DNA from: Candidatus Heimdallarchaeum endolithica | GTDB taxonomy: Archaea; Asgardarchaeota; Heimdallarchaeia; Heimdallarchaeales; Heimdallarchaeaceae | Assembly (NCBI GenBank): GCA_021513715.1 | Contig: CP084167.1 | Span: forward strand, 544,001 to 608,000 | Reading direction: 5' to 3' | DNA length: 64,000 nt | Notes under the pieces: model-generated | Told to the model about the DNA's origin: nothing | What the model saw: the letters and a program-made list of their open reading frames with translations, nothing else | Database searches by the model: none | Part shown: piece after piece, positions 36,994 to 46,784 of the stretch | How the letters are laid out: each line of letters opens with the position of its first letter | Numbering within the stretch: position 1 is the stretch's first letter | Position numbers and translations under genes: made by a program

Positions 36994-38397
36994 TTAGTTT
37001 TGAGATGAGATGTTTATTCCTTTAGTTTTGATATAAGGAGTTTCTAAATAACCACTAACTTTCTTTGTTTCCTTGCTTAAAGATAGGATATTTTTCAGTA
37101 CATCGAAAACATTACCTGCAATAGTCACATTGGTTAAAGGTGTTGTAATTTCACCATTTTTTATGAGTTGAGCACCTTTAGCTACTCCAGAGAATATACC
37201 ATTCTCTGATCTTTGAGAACCAGCAAAATATTCAAAGATTATTCCTTCTTTTATATCTTCTATCATTTCATCATATTTTATATCTCCTGGTTTAATTACT
37301 GGTACATTTGGAAAAATATTATTTGGAGGATTCATAAAACTACTATTAATAAATCCACGATAAGAATTTCCTGTTGATTGAGTGTTTGCTTTATTTGCAG
37401 TCTTTATATCAAACAAATGTGTCATCAATACTCCTTCTTTAATTATTTCTAGTTCTTTGACAGGTGTTCCTTCGTCATCAAAAGGTCTAGCTGTAGAGGA
37501 TTTTCCATCCAATGAATTATCTATAAATGAAAAGTCGTCTATCGCTACTTTTTCACCTATACTATCTTTCCAAAGTGATTGATTGTGTTGTGTTCTTTCT
37601 GCTGATATAGCCATTGCCATAACAATAAATAAGGGACTAAGGACGGCATCAGGCTTGAAAACAACTATATCTGAATCTATGCTTTTTAATTTTTCAACAT
37701 TGACATTTCTAATAGCTCTTTCTACTAGTTCTTTGCCAAATTTGTAGAAATCAACTTCTTTTTGATCTTTTACACTAAATGAATCTAATACAAAAGAACC
37801 TACTTTCTCTCCTTCTCTCGCAATTGCAAGAAATGAACTATCAAGACTATTTCTGATATAATTTCCTTCAACCCCAAGAGAGTTTACTATTCCCACATAT
37901 TCTTCAGAAAGGATGATTCGACTAAGGTCTGTTCTAACGCTTATAGGTGCTTCTTCAAAAGGTAATAGTATCTGTTTAGCACCATCTATTAGTTCTTCAA
38001 CTGTAAAACTAGATAATCGTTTCGAAAAAAGTCCTTCTATTGTTGAGTAGGAACTGGGAGGAGCCAGAGCTATTCCTTCTTTTTTAGGTTTGACTTTTAA
38101 CATTACAATTGCTTGTTCTACTGTTTGTTCTATTGCTTTTTTATCTGCCTTATTGGTATAACTAAATCCTTCTACAGAATCCTGTAAAACTCTTATTCCA
38201 AAACCTAATTCTTGCACTTCTTTCTCATTAACTATCTCTTTTCCAGAGCAAGTAACTTCTAGTTTTTTGTTATCAGAGAAAAATACTTCAGCATCTCTAA
38301 CTCCTTTCTTTTCAGCATACTCAATAGCATGTTGTGCAAGATAATAAGCTTCATCTCTATTAATATTTGATTCACTCATTTTAGTTTCCTCCTGCAA
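36994..38397 (-). CDS. pmbA: TldD/PmbA family protein, PmbA (TldE) type
   Basis: GFGIRV, RPFDDEG, STGN and NVTIAGN motifs; no HExxGH motif; lies directly downstream of tldD. Confidence 0.85.
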   Translation of the reverse strand: MQEETKMSESNINRDEAYYLAQHAIEYAEKKGVRDAEVFFSDNKKLEVTCSGKEIVNEKEVQELGFGIRVLQDSVEGFSYTNKADKKAIEQTVEQAIVMLKVKPKKEGIALAPPSSYSTIEGLFSKRLSSFTVEELIDGAKQILLPFEEAPISVRTDLSRIILSEEYVGIVNSLGVEGNYIRNSLDSSFLAIAREGEKVGSFVLDSFSVKDQKEVDFYKFGKELVERAIRNVNVEKLKSIDSDIVVFKPDAVLSPLFIVMAMAISAERTQHNQSLWKDSIGEKVAIDDFSFIDNSLDGKSSTARPFDDEGTPVKELEIIKEGVLMTHLFDIKTANKANTQSTGNSYRGFINSSFMNPPNNIFPNVPVIKPGDIKYDEMIEDIKEGIIFEYFAGSQRSENGIFSGVAKGAQLIKNGEITTPLTNVTIAGNVFDVLKNILSLSKETKKVSGYLETPYIKTKGINISSQN

Positions 38398-39781
38398 GCA
38401 TTGCTTTAACTGCTATATGTGGACCTCCAGCATCTACCTTTGCTGGTTGAATCTTCCCACAAGTACCTGAACCCAAAGAAATAACAAAATCGTTTCCAAC
38501 TCCAATAATGTTAGATAAAACTTCAAAAGCGTTTCCAGTTAAAACTGGACTTTGGAAAATTTCATCAGTTATCTCTCCTTTAGTAATTTTGAAAGCTTCT
38601 AATGCTCCAAACATAAATTCTCCACTTGAGTCTGCTTGTCCATTCTGTAAGGATTTAAGGTAGTAACCATCACCTATTGCTTCTAAAAGTTCTTCAAAGC
38701 TCATATCTCCAGATTCGATGTAAGTATTCCTCATTCTAACTATTGGTTCATCAGCAAATGTAAAAGCTCTCGCATTTCCTGTAGGTTCAACACCTAATTT
38801 CGTTGCTAGCTCCCTATTTGTCATATATCCTGTCATAACTCCATTGGTAATGATTTTCACTTCTTTTCCTTTTACTCCTTCATCATCGAAAGGTAACCAT
38901 CCTACACCCATCCAGTTAGTGCTTTCTTTAAATGGGGCATCTACTATAGTTATCCGCTCATCACAAACTTTTTTCCCCAACTTACCTTGAGTAAAAGAGC
39001 CTGCAAGAACTAAATCTGCTTCTGCAGTGTGCCCTATAGCTTCGTGTGCAAGAACACCTACTATTTGGTGATCTAATAACAAATTGTGTATTCCTGCAGG
39101 GGGTAAAGTTGCATCTGCTAATTGAGAAGATTTTTCACAGGAAGATTTTACTAGTTCATCTAGAGGATGTAAGTCAAAAAACTCTGCTCCACAAGTATGA
39201 GACCAGGATTTATATCCACCAGCTATTTTTCCTTCTTTTGAAGCAACAGCATAACTAATAACTGTTGGTTTCATATCTTCCCATTCAACTCTCGTTCCTT
39301 CATTAGTAAAAATAATTCTCTTATCAATTACTTCATTGTAGCTAATTTGAAGACTCTTGACTGCTGAATAGTCATTTTTTAATTTAGAAGCTTCTTGTAT
39401 CATCTTTATTTTTTCTTCAAATGAGATATCTAATAAGCTAATTTTCCTCGGTGAAATAGCTTTTTCATCAATTATTTCTACTTCAGCTAATTGAACTTTT
39501 TCACTTTTTGAGTTCGCTGAGTTTCTAGCTAACAAAACAGCATTAGATACTATTTTCTCAGCATTTTCTTTGCTTAACTTATTCGTACTAACAAAAGCCC
39601 AACTTCCATTCACTAGAACCCTAATTCCTATTCCGTTTCTAGATCCTACATTTGTGTTAATTTCTCCATTCTTATATACTAGATCTGCAGAATATTTGTC
39701 TTGAAACCTAGCTTCTACATATTGTGCTCCTTTTTTTTCAGCATATTCAAGTACATAATTTAATAAATCTCTTATTTCCAA
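38381..39781 (-). CDS. tldD: Metalloprotease TldD
   Basis: GIGIRV, HEAIGH..EAD, FDDEG, PTGNARA, RMRNT and CGK.Q motifs; GGTGA SD before a TTG start. Confidence 0.92.
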   Translation of the reverse strand: MEIRDLLNYVLEYAEKKGAQYVEARFQDKYSADLVYKNGEINTNVGSRNGIGIRVLVNGSWAFVSTNKLSKENAEKIVSNAVLLARNSANSKSEKVQLAEVEIIDEKAISPRKISLLDISFEEKIKMIQEASKLKNDYSAVKSLQISYNEVIDKRIIFTNEGTRVEWEDMKPTVISYAVASKEGKIAGGYKSWSHTCGAEFFDLHPLDELVKSSCEKSSQLADATLPPAGIHNLLLDHQIVGVLAHEAIGHTAEADLVLAGSFTQGKLGKKVCDERITIVDAPFKESTNWMGVGWLPFDDEGVKGKEVKIITNGVMTGYMTNRELATKLGVEPTGNARAFTFADEPIVRMRNTYIESGDMSFEELLEAIGDGYYLKSLQNGQADSSGEFMFGALEAFKITKGEITDEIFQSPVLTGNAFEVLSNIIGVGNDFVISLGSGTCGKIQPAKVDAGGPHIAVKAMLAGGN

Positions 39782-39918
39782 GTAATCACCTTTGATAAAT
39801 AAGCACTAAAATCAAATTATTATACTATTATTAAAACATATACAAAAAATATGAGTAGTAATATTTATATTATTCAAAGCAATAAAGTTTTACTTAGAAC
39901 ATCTTTTTGGGGTTCAAA

Positions 39919-42900
39919 ATGAAAAAGAAAATATTTTTTATAGTTAGTACTCTAGTAATTATGCTATTGTTTTCTTCTTCAACCTTCGCTCTTGTGAAGC
40001 CAAATAGTAAAAGAAACAACATAACAATAACAAACGTTGAAGAATTTAACTTAGAAGATAAACAAGCCATTACGGGAGGTTATAAAGAATTCTGCTATGG
40101 ATGGATAGGAACAGACGGTTGGGTAAATAGTTACATTGGATTTGAAGGAATAGGGTTAGTAGTAGGAGACTTGGATTTCTCAACTATTCCACAGATGTAC
40201 CTAGAAAATTTAGATTGGGTATCTCTTTCTACTCATTATTCTGGAAACCCATTCGACTTAAATACCAATCTTGATATTGATTTTAGAGGACTAAGTTTTG
40301 AAGATGCACAAAATGCAGCAAATTTAGTAAAAGAAATAATTCAACAGTTCTTAATAGTAGAGTTAGAATTTGAAGGTTCATATAGCCATGATGAGTGGAG
40401 AGGAGAATGGGTAGAAATACTGTCATTCAGATATTCAGGGCATGCAGATTGGTCAAATATAAAAGAATTATATGAAGGAAGTATTCCAACAGAAAAAGGA
40501 GGAATAGCAGCAACAATAGATATTTCAGAGGCGAATGAATTAAGATTTGAAGGATGGTATAATAGCTATGAACAAGAAATAGTAGGCAGAATAGGTTTTT
40601 CATTTGGTTTTCAAAAAACAACCTTAGTCGGTGGACATTCAATAAGCTTGAAAGAAATCTTCCATATTGATAAGTTTGAAGCTTCATCAGAAGCAACAGA
40701 CCCATTGAACATATATGTTGAGTTACCAGATGTAGAAAATGTGGCATTAAGCCCTTGGTACAACGATACACAACTAATGATGTACTTACAATATCACCCA
40801 AATATAGAAGAACCTTGGAACAAAGATTCAACTTATTCAATTATCATAAATTTAAGTTCAGGAAAGTACATCAGCGATTTTATTATTTCCTTTGACTATA
40901 TTTTTGTTCCTTGGGATTTAAGAATTCGCGAGGAAGCAGGATATTTCATAGATCCAAGAGGATATGATAATCGATATATTGGTTACCAAGGAGATTATGC
41001 TTCGTTGTCAATTGATACTTTTGATAAATCCATACTTGAAAATGTCTTTAATATAGATTTGTGGTACTATGTGAATGCTTATTCTGTTGCTGAATATGCA
41101 AATATAGTTATTGATTTAAGATATACTGGTCCAGGTCCTCACAACAATGACACAATAATTAATTACTTTGAATCAATTCTTGGTTATACTTTTACTTTTG
41201 ATGGAGTTATAACAGAATATTCGTGGGACGATTTTCAACAACAAGATGTAGAAATAACTAGATACACCTCACATATAGATAACTTCCCTAAAACAGATTT
41301 TGATAACATATTAGCAAATAGTATAGCCTACAAACATTCTTCTATGATTAATAGTTCTAACATTCTTCCAGATATAACTAGATTCCACTGGAAAATAGAT
41401 TATTTATCAGCTTTTGACGACTATAGACAAGAAATAAGTTTCCTTGACTATGCTCTAGATGAGTACGACGAATCTCCAACAAAAGCATATACTGAAACAA
41501 GTGTTCCAAATACATATACAATTGATTTACTAAACAAATTTGGTTGGACTACATTTCCATATTCCTCTGAATCTAATGAAATGAAAATAGAATTTATGTC
41601 ACCAGTTACTAATTTAGACACAATAGTATTTGACCCTGATAAAGGAAATGGTTGGGGATATGATTCTTGGTTCTGGATAGATTGGAGGAATAATTATCAA
41701 TATATCTATTATAACTTTAACTGGTTTACAGAAACTCCTTATACTACAGACAATGACGGTAACAAAATTGATCCTGTTACAGCATTAAGTATTACTTTCG
41801 AAAATCAATTCGAACCAGATACAGTAGATATTGAACCTCCTAATATTAATGGACTATTATATTATCCACATCCAGATGAGTGGGATTGGGACATTTGGAG
41901 TTATTCTTATTCTGGAGTTAGTCTGTTTGGAGTAGATGTTGACGATAATGGATGGTTATACTATTATGACACAAGTGTAGGATATATGGTTCCCAGGTTT
42001 CCAGGAAGTGGAATTGCAAATGTAGATGGAAAATTATACTACAATGCTCTACCAACAGAATTTAGCGGAGTAACACAAAATGTTTCCTTCACCTGGAATT
42101 CTACAGCCAACCTTTATACTTCTTACATTGACTTTTCTAATGGAGAATTTGCAGACGGTGAATGGGGATTTGAAGTACATTCCAATGACTCTTATGGAAA
42201 TGATGCATGGATGTACGAAACTATAAATGTTGATAACTATGATGACGAAGAATATGTAAATCCTGCTTCAGTTGTCTGGACATCAACAACTCCAGAAGAT
42301 GGGGCTACAGTTTCAGGAGAAATAACTATTGAAGCAGAAATATCAGATGATGTAGGAGTATTCTTAGCTGTAATCTGGGCAAACTTTGGCGGATGGTTAT
42401 TTGAAGATCCTGATGAAGATGGAGTATACTCCAAGACAATAGATACAACTTACTATGTTGATGGACCACTAGAAATAATTATTGAAGTATGGGACATGGA
42501 AGGTCATCATACAGTTGTTTCTAGAACCTTTACAATAGACAATGTACCTTCTGGAGACCCACCATCGATTACTTTCATTTATCCTACTGATGGAGAAACA
42601 GTTACAGGAACAATCGTGATACAAGCTGAAGTTTTAGATGATATAGGGTTAAGATCAGTTACTTTTAGTGTAGATGATCGAACACCAATGGCTATGTATT
42701 ATAATGATGAAACAGGATACTATGAAGTAAGCTATAATACTAATCAGCTATCGAATGGAATGCATATATTCTATGTTACTGCAGTAGATCAAGATGAAAA
42801 CGTTCATACTGTTACAGTATCAGTAGAAGTAGAAGTATCAGGAAGTACAGGAACAGGAGAAGGCAATCCCCCAGAATACAATCTGGTAAATGTACCAGTT

Positions 42901-43329
42901 AATCAAACAGAAGAAGAATTAGCTACACAAATAACAGCAGCAGTAGATGAATCAAAAGCAGTTGTAGATGTATTTACTTGGGAAATAGAAGCAAAAGACG
43001 ATTATGGTCTAAATCAAATTTCTATATCTATTGATGATAACCTAACAGCAATGGAAGGAGCAGATGCTGGACCAGATACTTGGAGTACTTGGACATATGA
43101 ATGGGATAGCACACAAGTTAAAGACGGGGCTCACTACGCTGTAATAACTATTTCAGATATTGATACCAATCAACACACAGTAAAAATCGTCATAGGTTTT
43201 ACAACAAATAATGGAAATATAGGAGAAAAGAAAACTTTTGGAATTGATGGATACACATACTTCTGGGCTATTTTAGCAATATTACCTATCTCTATAATTA
43301 AAAATCTAAAAAGAAGAAGAAAACAATAA
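39919..43329 (+). CDS. Large secreted acidic surface protein with C-terminal Ig-like repeats and TM anchor
   Basis: Signal peptide MKKKIFF...ALV; repeated P.DG.TV.G.I.I.AE..DD.G Ig-like units; C-terminal DG-hydrophobic-KRRRK anchor. Confidence 0.8.
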   Translation: MKKKIFFIVSTLVIMLLFSSSTFALVKPNSKRNNITITNVEEFNLEDKQAITGGYKEFCYGWIGTDGWVNSYIGFEGIGLVVGDLDFSTIPQMYLENLDWVSLSTHYSGNPFDLNTNLDIDFRGLSFEDAQNAANLVKEIIQQFLIVELEFEGSYSHDEWRGEWVEILSFRYSGHADWSNIKELYEGSIPTEKGGIAATIDISEANELRFEGWYNSYEQEIVGRIGFSFGFQKTTLVGGHSISLKEIFHIDKFEASSEATDPLNIYVELPDVENVALSPWYNDTQLMMYLQYHPNIEEPWNKDSTYSIIINLSSGKYISDFIISFDYIFVPWDLRIREEAGYFIDPRGYDNRYIGYQGDYASLSIDTFDKSILENVFNIDLWYYVNAYSVAEYANIVIDLRYTGPGPHNNDTIINYFESILGYTFTFDGVITEYSWDDFQQQDVEITRYTSHIDNFPKTDFDNILANSIAYKHSSMINSSNILPDITRFHWKIDYLSAFDDYRQEISFLDYALDEYDESPTKAYTETSVPNTYTIDLLNKFGWTTFPYSSESNEMKIEFMSPVTNLDTIVFDPDKGNGWGYDSWFWIDWRNNYQYIYYNFNWFTETPYTTDNDGNKIDPVTALSITFENQFEPDTVDIEPPNINGLLYYPHPDEWDWDIWSYSYSGVSLFGVDVDDNGWLYYYDTSVGYMVPRFPGSGIANVDGKLYYNALPTEFSGVTQNVSFTWNSTANLYTSYIDFSNGEFADGEWGFEVHSNDSYGNDAWMYETINVDNYDDEEYVNPASVVWTSTTPEDGATVSGEITIEAEISDDVGVFLAVIWANFGGWLFEDPDEDGVYSKTIDTTYYVDGPLEIIIEVWDMEGHHTVVSRTFTIDNVPSGDPPSITFIYPTDGETVTGTIVIQAEVLDDIGLRSVTFSVDDRTPMAMYYNDETGYYEVSYNTNQLSNGMHIFYVTAVDQDENVHTVTVSVEVEVSGSTGTGEGNPPEYNLVNVPVNQTEEELATQITAAVDESKAVVDVFTWEIEAKDDYGLNQISISIDDNLTAMEGADAGPDTWSTWTYEWDSTQVKDGAHYAVITISDIDTNQHTVKIVIGFTTNNGNIGEKKTFGIDGYTYFWAILAILPISIIKNLKRRRKQ

Positions 43330-43385
43330 ATTTACTTCTTTTTATCTTTTTTTATTATTTTTTTATCTTTTTGAAAAAGACTAAT

Positions 43386-44624
43386 TTACAAAAAATCTTC
43401 TAATTTCTTCTGCTTCTTCTTCAATTCATAAATTTTAGATTTATTTTTATAATATTCAATTGAATAAGCTAAAACCTTAGGGATAAAAGAAAAAGCAGAA
43501 TCTAAAGTATCAGCCTTCAATATCTGATTTTGCATCGCTTGTCTTGCTCCTTGCCTTACAACCCATACACCCAAAGGTAACTTGTAATTCTGGTCAATTT
43601 CTCTAATTGCTATTACTTGGGCTTGTCTCCTTATTCTTCTGAGATGTTCAGTAACAGCTAATCTTGTTGCATAATATCCTCCAGCAACATTATTAGCATA
43701 TGTTTTCCTTCCATTGTATAACTCATAATCTGAAATACCTACATCTTTTGTACTTGGATTTAAATAAGCACCTTTGTACCAGACCTCAATTGCTTCAAAG
43801 CTCCAAAAATCAGGTATTAAAACAATGTAAAATTTGTTACCATAAAAGTAACTGGTAAAAACTTGAAATTCATTGATTGTTTGAAATTTTTTTATTTCTT
43901 CAATATATGATTTACTTAAAGTATCATCTACTGCAGTAATGCTCCAACGAGTAGGAACAAGTTTTCTTTTTTTTCTTAACCCCAACATCCCAGCTGACAA
44001 CACTCTGATCAAATTAGAAACAGAAATATTTTCTTTTCCTAAAATGGTAATAGCTTCTGAAGCTTTTAAATCAGTATCATAATAGGCTTTCTCTATTGGT
44101 TTTAAAGGAGTTTGATTTTCTGTCACATCCAATTTTCTAATAGGGGCAACTGGACCATGAGGAGCTAATCTAGGATCAATAGTTACTCTGGGAATAATAC
44201 TTCTTTCAAGTTCAATTTCAACATTAATTGGTTTTATTCCCAAAAGCATCTCGTGACTTTTTTGCATTATTCTGGATTCAAGAGGTTTTTTTGCATCAAT
44301 TTGTGCTTTTGTCCTAATCATCGACAATCTCATCATTATAATTTCTTCTTGGGTTTTATTATCCCACAAATCACTATCATCAACTATACTAGAGGGCTCT
44401 TTTAATGGAGTTAAAACCGGACCAGCATTTATTTCAGGATAATTATATCTTCCAACAAAAAAAGCAGGAGGAGCATAGACATCATCAATTCTATCGATTT
44501 TTTTTACTTGAACACTCATCTCATCCATCCACTTTTTTAATAGTGGACAAGGTGAAAAACCACATAAATTTCTTGAAGTTTTGCAGACTACGCATAACTT
44601 AAAGTCGATTTCCTGCTTTTTCAT
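43386..44624 (-). CDS. nreA: Archaeal DNA repair protein NreA
   Basis: N-terminal CxxC..CG..PCP; FVGRYNYP, LVPTRWSITAVD, GGYYA and PLGVWVVR; C-terminal PIP box QKKLEDFL. Confidence 0.92.
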   Translation of the reverse strand: MKKQEIDFKLCVVCKTSRNLCGFSPCPLLKKWMDEMSVQVKKIDRIDDVYAPPAFFVGRYNYPEINAGPVLTPLKEPSSIVDDSDLWDNKTQEEIIMMRLSMIRTKAQIDAKKPLESRIMQKSHEMLLGIKPINVEIELERSIIPRVTIDPRLAPHGPVAPIRKLDVTENQTPLKPIEKAYYDTDLKASEAITILGKENISVSNLIRVLSAGMLGLRKKRKLVPTRWSITAVDDTLSKSYIEEIKKFQTINEFQVFTSYFYGNKFYIVLIPDFWSFEAIEVWYKGAYLNPSTKDVGISDYELYNGRKTYANNVAGGYYATRLAVTEHLRRIRRQAQVIAIREIDQNYKLPLGVWVVRQGARQAMQNQILKADTLDSAFSFIPKVLAYSIEYYKNKSKIYELKKKQKKLEDFL

Positions 44625-44769
44625 TGTATTAAGATACTTTTTTCAATTTTTAAACATTAACAATAATAATCTAGCATTTTATATATATAATAAAAAGAAC
44701 TATTAACTATATATGTTAGAAATTTTCATAAAATTAATAAATGTGAAAAAAAATAACATATTGATTACA

Positions 44770-45231
44770 ATGAAAATTAATTTAATTTCAAAGAAAAAAA
44801 GTTTGATATTTGGGGTTCTATTGGTTTTAGCAATATCCCTTTCATGGGGAGTGAGAGCAGATAGTAGCATGAATCTTTCAATAACAACAGCAAATTACTG
44901 TGACATAGATGGAGATGGATTTGAAGATGATATTTATGCTGAAGCAGTAGTCAAAGCTGATAACGGTTTCAAGTTCTATTATATGGAATATTCCCTTATT
45001 TATCCATCAGGAAATGTATATTCAGATGAACATACTTACTACACTTTTGATAGTGAAACAACATTTGTTTTTAGCTTAACTAATGCAGCCACAGAATCTG
45101 GTTGGTACACTTTAGAAATAACTCTCTATGTTATAAATGGTGGAGGAATTACAATCCTTTACGATAGCTTAGAATTTGATCCCCCTGGTGGAAGTGGAGA
45201 TGAACCAATAGGTGGAGGAGTATCTCCTTAA
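44770..45231 (+). CDS. Small secreted beta-rich hypothetical protein
   Basis: Signal peptide starting at MKINL..., a DIDGDGFEDD motif and a C-terminal FDPPGG. Confidence 0.7.
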   Translation: MKINLISKKKSLIFGVLLVLAISLSWGVRADSSMNLSITTANYCDIDGDGFEDDIYAEAVVKADNGFKFYYMEYSLIYPSGNVYSDEHTYYTFDSETTFVFSLTNAATESGWYTLEITLYVINGGGITILYDSLEFDPPGGSGDEPIGGGVSP

Positions 45232-45266
45232 ATCAAGATGAAAAAATAAAAAAAAAAGGTAACTAG

Positions 45267-45331
45267 AACTCCTTAGGAATTTTATTCCGTCGCTCTCCCC
45301 CTAAGGAGTTTTATCTTTTATTTCTTTCTGA
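45267..45331 (+). terminator. 11-bp perfect hairpin followed by a U-rich tract (candidate intrinsic terminator or structured RNA)
   Basis: aactccttagg (45267-45277) pairs with cctaaggagtt (45300-45310) and is followed by ttatcttttatttctttc. Confidence 0.5.
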
Positions 45332-45414
45332 TTCTTAGCCTTTTAAACTATTTATCAATAGCTCTCTTGTACTTATTTAGTCAGAAAGAAATAAGGGGTA
45401 AAAATAGGAGGTGA
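45309..45414 (+). promoter_or_regulatory. Long inverted repeat enclosing a TATA-like box, ending just before a perfect SD (AGGAGGTGA)
   Basis: ttatttctttctga (45318-45331) and tcagaaagaaataa (45381-45394) are a perfect pair, extendable to 23 bp with three G-U pairs. ttttaaa lies at 45341; SD at 45406-45414. Confidence 0.55.
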
Positions 45415-45420
45415 ATAAAA

Positions 45421-46647
45421 ATTTATAGAATACCATTATTACAAGTAAAAATAATTCATGCATTACAAGAGAATCCTTTAGCTTCTTATGAAGAGATAGC
45501 AAAAAAAGTTAAAATTCCTTTAAGTACATTATACAGGAAAATAAGGGCTCTAGAAGAAAAACAAATTATTAGAAAAACTCTTTCTTCTAAGATAGCAGAA
45601 AAGATAGGCTTAACTCGCTATACTTTCGAATTTAAGATCAACTCACTTGAACAATTTCAACTAATGCAACTAGCTTTCCATGAGCATCCATTTACTTATC
45701 ATTATAATAGATTCTACGGCAACCAATTTGGCTTTTATGCAAAATTCGACATTCCTGAAGGAGGAATAAAGTATTTTGAATTATTTTTAAAAGAATTAAT
45801 AAATAAAGAAATGTGTGAAAGTTATAATTTATATGCATCTACTGGTCATTGGGTAGACATTCAAGAGCCCATACCGAACACAAAATTGAATCCTAAAAAT
45901 TTCAACCTTGTTGAATTTTGGGGAAAAAGACAAGAAATGAAAGAAACAAATGGGAAAAAAATTGAGAAAATAAACATTAAAAAGTTACACCCTATTCAGC
46001 TTTTGATTCTCAGAGATATTAACAGAAATGCAAAACAGAAACAGAAAGATCTTCTAGAACTTTATAAAAAAGCTTTAGAAAATGAAAAGGTAAATTCACA
46101 AGAGACAAAAATCATTCCAGAAACATATAAAACATTTATCAAGGAGTTTTTTGAAGACAGAAGTCAAGAAGCTATAATTATGGACTTTAATCGTAAATAT
46201 AATTTTGTTTTTGAGAATTTAGTAACTAACTTCAGAATCAACTTTTCCAGAAACTACTTTGAAATATATCCGATGCAGGCATATGTTATTAAAGACATAA
46301 GTTCAGAAGAGAGTTTCCAAACATTGAATCTTTTCAAGAAATATAGGCCACCTTTTAGAGCTGGTGTTGATATCTTAAACAGAGGATTGTTCATTACTGT
46401 TACTCTTCCACCTTTCTATGCTTCAAGATTCTCATATTTAATCTACAGTTCTTACTCTGATTTCAAATTCTATAACATGGATTTTTTTGGAGAACATGGA
46501 GTTGCTTATCCTTTTTACGTTAATAACTTTGATCCAAGAAAGAATGAATGGAAAACTGATAAAAAGTGGATAGTAGAAGATGTTTTTTCAAGAATTGAAA
46601 GCAAATTAAACAACGGAAAATATGGTGAAAATAACAATCACCATTAA
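45421..46647 (+). CDS. Lrp/AsnC-family HTH transcriptional regulator (extended, probable ATT start)
   Basis: The frame upstream of ORF 45664 is open back to a TGA at 45412. It encodes KIIHALQENPLASYEEIAKKVKIPLSTLYRKIRALEEKQII (AsnC HTH). A second LLILRDINRNAK unit occurs mid-protein. Confidence 0.8.
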   Translation: MYRIPLLQVKIIHALQENPLASYEEIAKKVKIPLSTLYRKIRALEEKQIIRKTLSSKIAEKIGLTRYTFEFKINSLEQFQLMQLAFHEHPFTYHYNRFYGNQFGFYAKFDIPEGGIKYFELFLKELINKEMCESYNLYASTGHWVDIQEPIPNTKLNPKNFNLVEFWGKRQEMKETNGKKIEKINIKKLHPIQLLILRDINRNAKQKQKDLLELYKKALENEKVNSQETKIIPETYKTFIKEFFEDRSQEAIIMDFNRKYNFVFENLVTNFRINFSRNYFEIYPMQAYVIKDISSEESFQTLNLFKKYRPPFRAGVDILNRGLFITVTLPPFYASRFSYLIYSSYSDFKFYNMDFFGEHGVAYPFYVNNFDPRKNEWKTDKKWIVEDVFSRIESKLNNGKYGENNNHH

Positions 46648-46784
46648 TTTTTTTCTAAGTTGAACTTAATAAATTTCAATTATTATTTACTATTTGTATG
46701 AAATTAACCTCTTAAGTAAATTTTAATAATATATAGTCTTTCCGAAATAGAATAGTTTTTGTATTCAAACGCTAATCATTATTT

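Noticed and set aside
36994-39781. tldD/pmbA as RiPP-maturation partners of the synthase cluster
   Set aside because: The pair is common in archaea, no precursor peptide or YcaO gene is seen, and there is no mechanistic link beyond adjacency.
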